A DNA stretch of 64,000 nucleotides from Hypanus sabinus. Its lineage: Eukaryota. Position 1 is the stretch's first letter, and every line of letters begins with the position of its first letter. Made by a program: the position numbers and the translations under genes. Shown in pieces: positions 51,372-62,894 of this stretch. The notes beneath the pieces are model-generated. The model saw only the letters and a program-made list of their open reading frames with translations. It was not told where the DNA came from and did not search any database. The stretch is from NCBI RefSeq assembly GCF_030144855.1, contig NC_082710.1, positions 165,540,001 through 165,604,000 on the forward strand. The letters run 5' to 3'.

Positions 51372-53575
51372 GCACCAAGGCAGTTCATAAGACACAGGGC
51401 CAGAATTGGGCCATCTGGCCCATCGAGTCTACTCTGCCATTCAATCAGGGCTGATCCTTTCTCCTTCTCCTCAACCCCATACATGTACGTGGCTACAAAT
51501 TCACCACCCTCTGGCTAAAGATATTTATCCACATCACTGTTTTGAAAGGGCACCCCCTATCCTGAGACAGAGCCCTCTTGTCCTAGACTCTCTCACCATC
51601 CTTTCCACATCTATTCTGTCTAGGCCTTTCAACATTCAAAAGATTCCCCATCTGAGATCCAACATCCACTGCAATCCGTTTATCTATCCTACTCCTCAAA
51701 GAATTCCAACAGGTTAGTCAGGCAGGATGTTCCCTGAAGAAAATCATGCTGACTTTGTACTACCTTGTCCTGTGTCACCTCATCCTTATATTACGAATGT
51801 GAAACAACTCTGAGGGGCCGAAGGGTACAAAGTCGCTCCCTCCTTTTTGAGAATCGCAAGATCGCTATTATTTCGGATCTGAGACCCAGGAAATGAGAGA
51901 GAGACATCCAGAATACACAAGGTTTGGAATGTGTCCTGACCTCAGCGGAACGGAACCACTGATAATGGCCATTGTCTCTTGGAGAAGGAATTGTGTATTG
52001 AGTACCGTACTATTCATTGAAACCTCTCAGGGGACAACCAGAGTGGTCTGGTTGAGGGATTGCATCAACCCAACCTAATTGACATCTGACACCCCGTGAG
52101 TGAGGATAAAAGAGGGGTCTGGGGAACAACCCCTTCAGACGCACCAGGAGAAACGCTAGAAATCCCGTGACAGCGTTTTATAGCGAAAGCCGGTGGGGGC
52201 TTGTGTGCGTCCTCCCTTGCCTGGGGTGGCAGGCTCACCACGGAAGAACGGTTTAGCTAAAGGAGAGGTCACAATTGAACAGCCATGACAACGAGACTCC
52301 TGACGGATCGAAATCATAAATAGAAAAGCCGGCAAGTTTTTCTCCCAAATCTCTCTCTCCCCCCAACCATTGCAACCCAGTGGTCCCCAATGGCTGCAGC
52401 CTGCATGAACTGAGTGAACTTTATATTTCCATCGGACAATACATTATCCCCTAGACAACAATAGAGCTTGTTTCTTATTGATTATTATTATACCTGCACT
52501 TTTAGATTTAGTATTGACGATGTATATTATCTGTATATTTGCATTGATATTATTTTTGTGTATTTTTACTAATAAATACTGTTAAAAATAGTATCATCAG
52601 ACTTCAACAGACATCTCTATCTTTGCTGGTAAGTGACCCAGTTACGGGGTTCGTAACACTTAACAACTAACATGTTCTCAACCACTGAGGTCAGGCTCCA
52701 ACTTCCTTTCTGCTGCCTTCCTCCTTTCTCAAAGAGTAGAGTGATACTTGCAGTTTTCCAATCCTCTGGCACCATGGCAGAGTCCAATGATTTTTGAAAG
52801 ATCATTTCTAACGCTGCCACAATCTCTAATGCTACTTCTTTCAGAACGCTAGGGTGCAGTTCCTCTGGTCCAGGTTTCTTATGTACCTTTAGATCTTTCA
52901 ACTTTTTGAGCACCTTCTCTCTTGAAATAGTAACTGCACCCACTTCTCTTCCTTCACACACTACAACATCAAGCATACTGCTAGTGTCTTCCACAGTGAA
53001 GACTTTAGAAAAATACTCTTTTAGTTCATCAGCCATCTCCTTGTCCGTTATTATTTCTCCTGCCTCATTTTCTGGTGGTCCTATATCCACTCTCATTTCT
53101 CTTTTATTTTTAACATATTTGAAAAAGCTTTTACTATCCACTTTGATATTATTTGCTAGCTTGCTTTCATATTTCATCTTTTCCCTTTCTATGATTTTTT
53201 TAGTTGCTCTCTGAACGTTTTTAAAAACGTCCCCAATCCTCTATCTTCCCACAAATTTTTGCTTTGTTGTGTGCCCGTTCTTGTGTTTTTACACAACTTC
53301 CCTGTCAGCCATGGTTGTACTATTTAACCATTTGAGTACTCGTGGAATACATGCCCTGCACCTTCCTCATTTTTCCCAGAAATGCAAACCATTGTTGCTT
53401 TGCTGTCATCGCTGCCACTCCTCATACCACTGTAATTTCCCTTACTCCACTGAAATACTGCTACTCCAGCCTTTACTTTCTCCCTATGAAATTTCAGGTT
53501 GAACTTAATCATATTGTGATCACTGGTTCCTAAGAGTTCGTTTGCCCTAAGCTCCCTAATCGCCTCCAGTTCATT
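51372..53575 (-). mobile_element. CR1 LINE RT region, split by a solo LTR
   Basis: ORF 52617-53177 (SKSFFKYVKNKR, ADELKEYFSKVF, VPEDWKTASIT). The CR1 sequence is continuous across the CTTA duplication. Confidence 0.88.
51789..52658 (+). mobile_element. Solo LTR (870 bp) with 4-bp TSD
   Basis: Termini TATTACGA (TG mutated to TA)...TCGTAACA are inverted matches; TSD CTTA at 51785-51788 and 52659-52662; GGATAAAAG near 52104; AATAAA at 52571. Confidence 0.88.
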
Positions 53576-54482
53576 GCACCTGAACTGGAAGGGGAACTAT
53601 CATCCTTGTGGGAAGGTTTGCTGGTGCTGCTCCAGGGGGGTTTAAACTAGATTTGCAGGGGTAGGGGAACCAGTGTTAGAGCAGATGGTGAGGTGGAAGA
53701 GGATAAAGGTCATGCAAGAGCTGCAAGATTATTGCATGGAGTAAAGCCAGATCTAACATATAAGGAAGCTTTGAGGAAAGAAATAGAATAAAGGGTGTAA
53801 GGATAGTAAGGCAGAAGGGCTAAAGTGTGTGCACTTCAATGCAAGAAGCATCAGGAACAAAGGTGATGAACTGAGAGCTTGGATACATACATGGAATTAT
53901 GATGTAATGGCCATTACAGAGACTTGGCTGACACCAGGGTAGGAATGGATTCTCAATATTCCTGGATTTCAGTGCTTTAAAAGTGATGGGGAGGGGGGGG
54001 AGGGGTTAGCAGCAGAGATACCAAGGAGCAGATTGGGAGGCAGATTTTGGAAAGATACAAAGGGTTGTTATCATGAGTGACTTTAACTTCCCTAATATTG
54101 ATTGGCACCTGATTAGTTCCAATGGTTTAGATGGGGCAGAGTTTGTTAAGTGCGTCCAGGAGAGTTTCCTGTCACAGTATGTTGACAGGCTGACCCTATA
54201 GGGGGAATGCCATACCAGATCTAGTATTAGGTAATGAACCGGGTCAGGTTACAGTGGGTAGCATCAGGCGGACAGCGATCACCGCTCCCTGGCCTTCAAC
54301 ATTATCATGGAAAAGGGTAGAATCAGAGAGGACAGGAAAATTTTTAATTAGGGAAGGGCAAATTATGAGGCTATAAGGCTAGAACTTGCGGGCTTGAATT
54401 GGGATGATGTTTTTGCAGGGAAATGTACTATGCACATGTGGTCAATGTTTAGGGATCTCTTGCAGGATGTCAGAGATAAATT
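53576..54482 (+). mobile_element. CR1 fragment (end of ORF1 plus APE), abutting the preceding CR1 in opposite orientation
   Basis: HLNWKG, FNARSIRNKGDELRAWIHTWNYDVMAITETW and MSDFNFPNIDW motifs. Confidence 0.85.
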
Positions 54483-54691
54483 TGTCTGGGTTTCGGGCCA
54501 AGACCCTTCGTCAGGACCTGACGTCGACAGTGCTTCTCCTTATAGATGCTGCTTGGCCTGCTGTGTTCCACCAGCATTTTGTGTGTGTTATTTAATAATG
54601 CTGATCCTTTTTTTAATCCTCCAGCCTTCTCCCTGTAACCTTTGATGCTATGTCCAATCAAGAACCTATCAACCTAGCTGCCACAGCTACA

Positions 54692-55250
54692 TGTGGTAAA
54701 AAATAATTATGAGTCCCATTTTCCTACAGAATTTTGCCGTGTTCCTCGCAATCTGTTCCTTATGGAGTTTTAAAGTCAGTACAATACTGAGGCCCCTCTT
54801 CAAATTATTTTCTTGGGTTTCTGTGGGAATAAATGCAAGGGGGGTTTACGAGGGTTTCTCCCAGTAGCAGACCCTGCCTCTATCAGCTTTGTCTCTGCTG
54901 TAGTTTAAATACTGCATCCAGTAAGGAGAGGATACCATTTTTAGTTTCTGGTTTTGGCTCTAGCTTTTCCAGGATAGTAGGGGCTTGAATGAATTTGGCT
55001 CCAGGGTAGCTGTCCAATTGAAGATGATTAGGGTATCTTGTAATCCTGAAAATATTAACATCCCCTATAATTAGTATAAGTTTAAGGGGCCTTAATTCCC
55101 ATTTTACATTTTTCTGTTGAGAGTTAGGTTGCCTAGTTATTTGACCACCTTCTTGTCTATTGTTACAAAAACCTGTTCTTGTCTGTTCCTTGTCCTGCAA
55201 CTCAGCATGTTGGAGTTCCATTCCAGCAGCCTCTTGAAGTTTGTGTGTTC
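54692..55250 (-). mobile_element. Penelope-like fragment with an upstream SGNH-hydrolase-like ORF
   Basis: LIIGDVNIFRI...LQLDSYPGAKF (SGNH block I/II-like), followed at 54836-54693 by TQENNLKRGLSIVLT...AKFCRKMGLIIIF, which resembles the PLE N-terminal LxKGLxFxPT...FxRxLRL motif. Confidence 0.55.
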
Positions 55251-55257
55251 TTCTTTT

Positions 55258-56600
55258 CGAAACACAGAAAACCTACAGCACAATACAGGCCCTTTGGCCC
55301 ACAAAGTTGTGCCAAACATGTCCCTACCTAGGTTTACCCATATCCCTCTTTTTTTCTAAGCTCCATGTACCTATCCCGGAGTCTCTTAAAAGACCCTATC
55401 GTATCAGCCTCCTCCACCTTTGCTGGCAGCCCATTCATTCCACACACTCACCATTCTGCCATCATATTCGACCTACCAAAATGAACCACTTTCACACTTA
55501 TCTGGGATGAACTCCATCTGCCACTTCTCAACCCAGTTTTGCATCCTATCAATGTCCCGTTGTAACCTCTGACAGCCCTCCACACTTTCCACAACACCCA
55601 CAACCTTTGTGTCATCAGCAAACTTACTAACCCATCTCTCTGCTTCCTCATCCAGGTCATTTATAAAAATCACAAGGAGTAAGGATCCCAGAAAAAATCC
55701 CTGAGGCACACCACTGTTCACCGACCTCCATGCAGAGTATGACCCATCTACAACCACTCTTTGCCTTCTGTTGGCAAGCCTGTTCTGGATCCACAAAACA
55801 ATGTCCCCTTGGATCCCATGCCTCCTTATTTTCTCAGTAAACCTTGCAAAGGTTACCTTATCAAATGCCTTGCTGAAATCCATATACACTACATCTACAG
55901 CTTTTCCCTCATCAATGTGTTTAGTCACATCCTCAAAAAATTCAATCAGGCGTGTAAGGCACCACATGCCTCTGACAAAGCCATGCTGACTATTCCTAAT
56001 CATATTATATCTCTCCAAATGTTCATAAATCCTACCTCTCAGGATCTTCTCCATCAACTTACCAACCACTGAAGTAAGACTAAACTGGTCTATAATTTTC
56101 TGGGCTATCTCTATTCCCTTTCTTGAATAATGGAGCAACATCTGCAACCCTCCAATCCTCCGGAACCTCTCCTGTCCCCACTGATGATGCAAAGATCATT
56201 GCCAGAGGCTCAGCAATCTCCTCTCTCGCTTCCCACAATAGCCTGGGGTACATCTCATCCAGTCCTGGTGACTTATCCAACTTGAAGCTTTCCAAAAGCT
56301 CCAGCACATCCTCTTTTTTAATATCTACATGCTCAAGCTTTTCGGTCCGCTGCAAATCATCACTGCAATCACCAAGATCGTTTTCTATAATGAATACTGA
56401 AGTATTTATTAAGTATCTCTATTTCCTCTGGTTCCATACACACTTTCCCACTGTCACATTTGATAGGTCCTATTCTTTCACGTCTTATCCTCCTGCTCTT
56501 CACATACTTGTAGAATGCTGTGGGGGTGTTCCTTAATCCTGCCTGCCAAGGCCTTCTCATGGCCCCCTTCTGGCTCTCCTAATTTCCTTCTTAAGATCCT
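55258..56600 (-). mobile_element. CR1 LINE RT region with internal deletion and 3' tail
   Basis: SQHGFVRG, YMDFSKAFDKV, VPQG..LG.LL and SKFADDTK in ORF 55473-56192. Confidence 0.92.
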
Positions 56601-57639
56601 TTGAGTGCAAAGGTTTGCTCTGGGCTCTTGGGTTTCCTCCTATAGTCCAAAGACACTGTAAGTTGTCCTGTGACAGGGTTCAAAAGGTGGGTTGCTGTGT
56701 GGTGTGGCTCATTGGACGGGAAATGTCTGTTCTGCGCTGCATCTCGAAATAAGCTCTTTTGGTCCAATCTAACCATACAACTAAAATCGCTCATTCCATC
56801 TAGTTTATTTGTTAATATTATGTTAACATTTTATGTACTGTATGTGATATATTCAGTGTTTTGCACCTCAGTTTCTGAGGAACTGTGTTTCATTTAGCTG
56901 TATACATGTGTAAGGATGAATGACAATAAACTCAAACTGCAAACTCTTAAAGACCACTGGAATGTTTTACTTGCTGCTCAACATCCATTCACCATACATC
57001 ATGCATTTTTAAACCTCTTCATTTCTGAGTCCTTCTTAGTCTGCAAATGAGATAGCAAAATAAATGAACCAGCAATGGATCCACCAACACACACAAGATG
57101 CAAAGGAAACTGATGGAAATTAATACAGTAAGACATCAAGGAACCACTTATTAACAAAATATGTCTCTGCCATTAGGACATAAATGGGGGAAAAAATCAA
57201 AAGCTTAAAGGGAAATAGAAGTGGGTTGATATACGGTGGAAAATTTCTGTTTTAACGGAGCTTCAAATTAGGTAACAATGAAAGGGGAATTATGTACCAC
57301 ATAGCCAAAAGGGACTAATTAAAAATGGATGGAAGGAAATGATATTTGAAAGGTATCTGTTTTGAATAGCTTTGATCTGTCTGCATAGATTCTTTTTGCA
57401 GATTTAAAAGTGACAAGGGGATTGGATATTTCCCTGAAAAGGATAAGTGCCAGGAGGGAGATTAGTGGTGAGGGGCAAATAGACAAGGAAATCACTTAAG
57501 GAGCAATCTCTCTGGAAAGCAGAAAGTGTGTGGGGGGCAGGGGATGAGGGAAAGATGTGCTTGGTGGTGGGATCTTGCACCTTGCAAGTGGAACAAGTGC
57601 TACACCTGTCCCTACACCTCCCTCACTGCCATCCAGGGT

Positions 57640-58410
57640 GCTAAATAGTGACACTTCAACTGTGACTCTACTGGGGGTCATCTATTGTGTTCAGTGCTCC
57701 CAGTGTGGCCTCCTGTACGAGTGAGACCCGACAGAGCTTTGCCAAGCACCTACTCTCCGTCCGCCAGAACAAGCAGGATCTCCCAATGGCCACCCATTCT
57801 AATTTTACTTCCCACTCCTTCTGATATGTCCATCTATTGCCTCCTCCACTGAGGTTGGAGGAACAACACCTTATATTCCACTTGGGTAGCCTCCAAGCTG
57901 ATGACATGAACATAGATTTCTCAAACTTCCAGTAATGCCCCAACCCCCTGCTTCACCATTTCCAGTCCCCTTTTCTCTCTCACTTCATCTTCACCCACTC
58001 ATCACCTGCCCTTACTCTATCTTCCATGGCCTTCTGTCTCTTTCACCAATCATCTTCCAGCTCTTTACTTCATCCCTCTCCCTCCAGTTTCACTTATCAC
58101 CTGATGAAGGGTCTCGGCCCGAAACGTCAACAGTGCTTCTCCCTAGATGCTGCCTGGCCTGCTGCATTCCACCAGCATTTTGTGCGTGTTGCTTCACTTA
58201 TCACCTGGTGTTTTTCCCTTCTCTCCCACCACCTTTTAAATCTATTCAACCTATTTTCCCTCCAGTTCCACGGAAGGGTTTCAGCCGGAAACCTCAGCTG
58301 CACTTTTTTTTCCATAGATGCTACCTGGCCTACTGAGTGTTTTTTTTACTGAGTTTCAGTATTTTGTGTGTGTTGCTCGGATTTCAAGCATCTGCAGATT
58401 TTCCCTTGTT
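57640..58410 (+). mobile_element. Penelope-like element 3' end: GIY-YIG endonuclease remnant plus tandem terminal repeats
   Basis: VIYCVQCSQCGLLY...FAKHLLSVRQNKQDLPMATH...RLEEQHLIFHLGSLQADDMNIDFS in broken frames; duplicated terminal units at 58090-58195 and 58260-58400. Confidence 0.85.
58101..58128 (+). ncRNA. Minimal type-I hammerhead ribozyme core (Penelope-associated)
   Basis: CTGATGA-A-GGGTCTCGGCCC-GAAACGTC: complete catalytic core, a 3-4 bp stem II and a palindromic ACGT stem III. Stem I (consensus cagtc/gactg) is disrupted in this copy. Confidence 0.65.
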
Positions 58411-59084
58411 TGTTCATGGTATCACTTACTTCAAAGAGTATTTGCACACAATGAAAGGCAGGGAGATGCAGTATAAGAATACCTTATTTATTTTTGAGAT
58501 TTTACTGAATGTGACATTAACTGGAAAACACAGATGGGTGGTGTGGGGGTTAACATACAATATGAAATAAAACAGAAGTTTCACACAATGTCTGATATAG
58601 TTTGAAACAGCAATCAGATGCAAAGTCCATATCATTGTCTGTAAAGTTCAACTTCTGCCTAGGTTTAGGCCTTTCATTCAGTATCTTGCAGTGAATTACT
58701 CTCCTCTAGATGTTCTAAAATCTTTCCACCATCCATAAAACACCAATCAGCAGCATGGTGGAGCTTTCCATCGGGATGGGCTTTATGTATTTCCATGAAT
58801 ACCTACAAACCCGAGAGAAATCAAAATTGTTTGCATGTCTGGCAGCACATCCCCTCTCTTCATGCATTATGGCCCATGTGCCACATGCAACACCTTCCAA
58901 ACTTGAAAATTCCACCCCAATGACAAAGCAGCAGGTACATGAAAATACCAACTGTTTTCAGACTTGTCTATACCAAACTTGACCTAGATTCACATCACTA
59001 AACATTCATTACAATTAAAGCAAAATCTTCAAGCATGAAGAAGAAATACCTTTAACAAAAGGATTACAGTGGTTCAAAAGGCCA

Positions 59085-59850
59085 ATGTACTACCATCAAC
59101 TCTCTGACTTAACACAGGAGCCCCTCAGGGCTGCACTAAGTCCCCTCCTTTACTCCCTATACACCCATGACTGTATCACTACCCACAGCTCTAATCTGCT
59201 AATTAAATTTGCTGACGACACTACATTGATTGGCCCAATCTCAAACAATAACAAGGTGGTCTATGGGGAAGAAGTCACTTCTCTGACACAGTGGTGTCAA
59301 GTAAACAACCTCTCCCTCAAAATAACAAAAACAAAGGAGTTGGTTGTGGATTACAGGAAGAATGGAGATGAGCTAACGCCTATTGACATCAATGGATCTG
59401 GGGTTGAGAGGGTAAACAGCTTTAAATTCCTCAGCATTCCCATCACTGAGGACCTCACATGGTCTGTACATACCAGTTGTCTGGTGAAAAAGGCATAGCA
59501 ATGCCTCTTTCACATCAGACAGTTGAGTAAGTTTGGTATGGGCTCCCAAATCCCAAGAACTGTACCTCCCTCAACTGCAGATTCTGCAGAGAGTGGTGTG
59601 GACAGCCCAGCGCATCTGTAGTTGTGAACTTCCCATGATTCAGGACACTTACAAGGACAGGTGTGAAGGTCATTCACACATCTTCCCCAACAGGTCATTG
59701 GGGACCTGAGACACCCCAACCGCAATCTATTCCAGCTGCTATCATCAGGGAGACAGTACCACAGCATAAGAGCCAGGACCAAACAGGCTCCATGACAGCA
59801 TCTTCCACCGGGCCATCAGACTGATTAACTCACACTGATCTATAACCATA
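59085..59850 (+). mobile_element. Rex1/Babar-type LINE RT 3' fragment
   Basis: LSPLLYSLYTHDC, LIKFADDTTLIG, KTKELVVDYRK and VNSFKFL motifs. Confidence 0.88.
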
Positions 59851-60619
59851 TAATTTGAAAGTATTTCTGTTACATTAACTGTTATGAAATAAAGTCAATT
59901 CATGAACAATTAAGGTTAGACTATATATACTGGTCTTACTGGTAATGTCCATTTGCCTAAAAATCCAGGACATACCCTCTTCTCATTACTATCATTGGGA
60001 AGGAAATAAGGGAGCTTGAAGACCCACAATCAATGAGTCCGAAATAGCTTCTTCCCCTCTGCCATCATCCTGAACAGTCCACAAACACTGGTTATTTACT
60101 TTTTGCACTATTTATTTTGTAATGCATGGAAAATTTTAATGTCTTTGCATTCTACTGTGGCCGCAAAACAACAAACGTCATCCAACTTGAGAGATACTAG
60201 AAAGAATCAGAAGTGATTATTTTTGTTGAAGTCAGTCATTCTTTAAATCAGTGAGTGAGAGATGACAAGTCTCATCGAGAGTGAGTTTTATTTGAGCCAG
60301 TAAAAAAAGGGTGTAAGCAGAGTAGCTATTGTCGGAATGGACCATTATTAGAATGGTCAGGCCTTGGCTCAACAGGCACAGGCTAGCAATTAAGATATAA
60401 CAAGTGCAGGCAAGATGGTAATTAGGCAATAGAATACTCCTCATGGGATTGCAGGGTCCCCAACAGTCTCGCTGATGACAACATCTAAAGGAATTGCACT
60501 TAACTTCAGCTCCTGCCAAATTCAAGGAACCGGAGCTGGATGTATTCAGGATCATCCAGAGTGCAAGCTTCAGATAGTAAATACGTGACCACCAAGTCAG
60601 GCGAGTAAGCAGTCGGTAC

Positions 60620-62875
60620 AATTCTACTGTGGCCATTCACCTCGGCAACAAATATGCCTCTTTGGATACTGGTGAGGGTGCGGATAATGACCTACTAGGG
60701 CACAGCAGCAGCAAGGCCAGTGGCACTGTGGCTGGTTCTAAAGCTCAGCAGGGAAGGGCAAAGTCAGGTAGAGCAATAGTGACAGGAAACTCAATAGGGG
60801 GATGGACAGAATATTCTGTGGCCGCAAAGAGACGGCAGGATTGTATGTTGCTCCCTGGTGCTCAGGTCCAGGATGTCTCAAGAGTGCCTGCAATGATCCT
60901 CAGGGAGGATGAGCAGCCAGAGGTTGTGGTACACATTGGTACCAATGACATAGGTAGAACAGGAGGTGGTGTTAGGAAGTGAATATAGGGAGCTAGTAAA
61001 AAGGCTAACGAGTAGGACATAACGTAGTAACCCATGGATTACTCCTAGTGCCTTGTGCTAGTCAGTGTAGGAACTGATCCAGGGAGCAGAGTTTCAGGTT
61101 CTAGGATAATTGGAACCTTCTCTGGGACAGGGGTGACTTGTAACAGAGGGACGGGTTGCACCTAAATTAGAGGGGAGCCAATAATCTGGCTGGGAGGTCT
61201 GCTAGTGCTACTCGGGATGGTTTAAACTAATTTGACAGAGGGAGGTGGGAACCAGAACACCAAGTCAGAAAATTGAGAGATAGCCAGGAAGGTAGATGCG
61301 TGGTCCAGCCTGTTTTTACTGGCGCTAAGTAATGGATACAATAGGACAGAGAGGGACTAAAGCATGGGTATTTTAATGCTACAACTATTATGGGTAAAGG
61401 TGATGAACTTAGTTCCATATACCAATCCATTCTCTATTATGTTGTGGCCATCAGAGATTTGGTTATGAGAGGGAAAGGAACGGAAGCTTAATGTCCCAGG
61501 GTTACGATGTTTTAGAAAAGACAGAGATGTAAAAGAGGTGGGGCTGTTGCTTTACTAATCAGGGACAACATCACAGCTGCACTCAGAGGGGACATAATGG
61601 AGAGCTCGTCCACTGAGTCTGTATGGGTACAACTCAGAAATAGGAAGGGTACAATCACTCCGACGGGACTGTAATACAGGGCCCACAAACACCACCAACA
61701 CATTGAGGAACAGATATGTGAAGTGTAAAGACAATAGATGTGTTGTCATGGGGGACTTCAACTTTCCTAATATAAACTGGGATATTCTGAGTACGAGGTT
61801 CAGATGGGGCAGAATTTGTTAGGTAATCCAAGAAGGCTTCATAAATTAATATGTAGATAGCCCAAGAGAAGGGGCTAAACTGGACTTAGTATTGCGTACT
61901 GAGCCTGGCCAGGTGACCAACCTTTCAGTGAGTGAACAATTAGGGAACAGTGACCACAAATCGGAGCTTTACAATAGCTACAAATAAGTTTAAGTACAGA
62001 GCTTGCAGGAGAATATTAAGTTGCAACGGGGCAAATTATAACAGCATTAGATAGCAACTAAGGAAAGTTAATTAGGAACAGTGTTTTTGGGTAAGTCCAC
62101 ATCTGACATGTGGAGGGTCTTTAAAGACCAACTGAACAGAGTATGCACCAATTGGAAGGAAGGGCAGAAATGGCAAAGTAAGGGAAAAAGGATAAGAAAA
62201 AAGTAGGACAATTCAAGGATGGGGACGAGGTAGGAGGAAAAAGCATTTCCATGGATGCTGAGGTTGCTGGCAAGGTCCTTAATGAAGACTTCACATCACT
62301 ATTTATCAAGAAGGATGTGGAAGATAGAGAGATCATTGCTGAGCATATTGATAGGCTAGGGCATTTTGAGTAAAGGAAGAGGTAGGGTTAGGTCTCTTAC
62401 AGAGCATTAACATGGACAGGTCTCCAGGGCCTGATGGCATTTGACCTAGGTTATTATGAGAGGCAAGTGAAGATATTGCTGGGGTCTTGGAGGACTGGCC
62501 AGTTGCTAATGTTCCATTATTCAAAAAGGGAACCAGGGATAATTCCGGAAACTATAGACCTGTGAGTCTCACGTCAGAAGTAGGAAAGTTACTGGATAGA
62601 ATTCTTAACGACAGGATTCATGAGCATTTGAAAAATCATGGCCTAATTAGGGAGAGCCAGCATGGCTCTGGGCGGGGAAATTTATGTCTTAATAACTTGA
62701 CTGAGCTCTTTGATGAGCTGACAAGGTGACTGATGAAGGTAGAGCTGTGGATGTTGTTTACATGAGTTTTAGTAGGGTGTCTAACAAGGTCCCTCATGGG
62801 AGGCTCATCCAGAAGATTAAGATGTATGGAATCCGTGGTGAATTGGCCCAGAACTGGCTTGCCCATAGAAAACAA
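60620..62875 (+). mobile_element. CR1 LINE, degenerate (ORF1 esterase, APE, RT start)
   Basis: NKYASLDT, LLPGAQVQDV, PEVVVHIGTNDIG, VMGDFNFPNINW and GNYRPVSLTSEVGKLL motifs. Confidence 0.88.
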
Positions 62876-62894
62876 CATCTAATGTTATCTAACA

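Noticed and set aside
58690-58985. ORFs on both strands, including minus-strand VFMEIHKAHPDGKLHHAADWCF
   Set aside because: No recognisable domain, no partner exons, and the length is within chance expectation.
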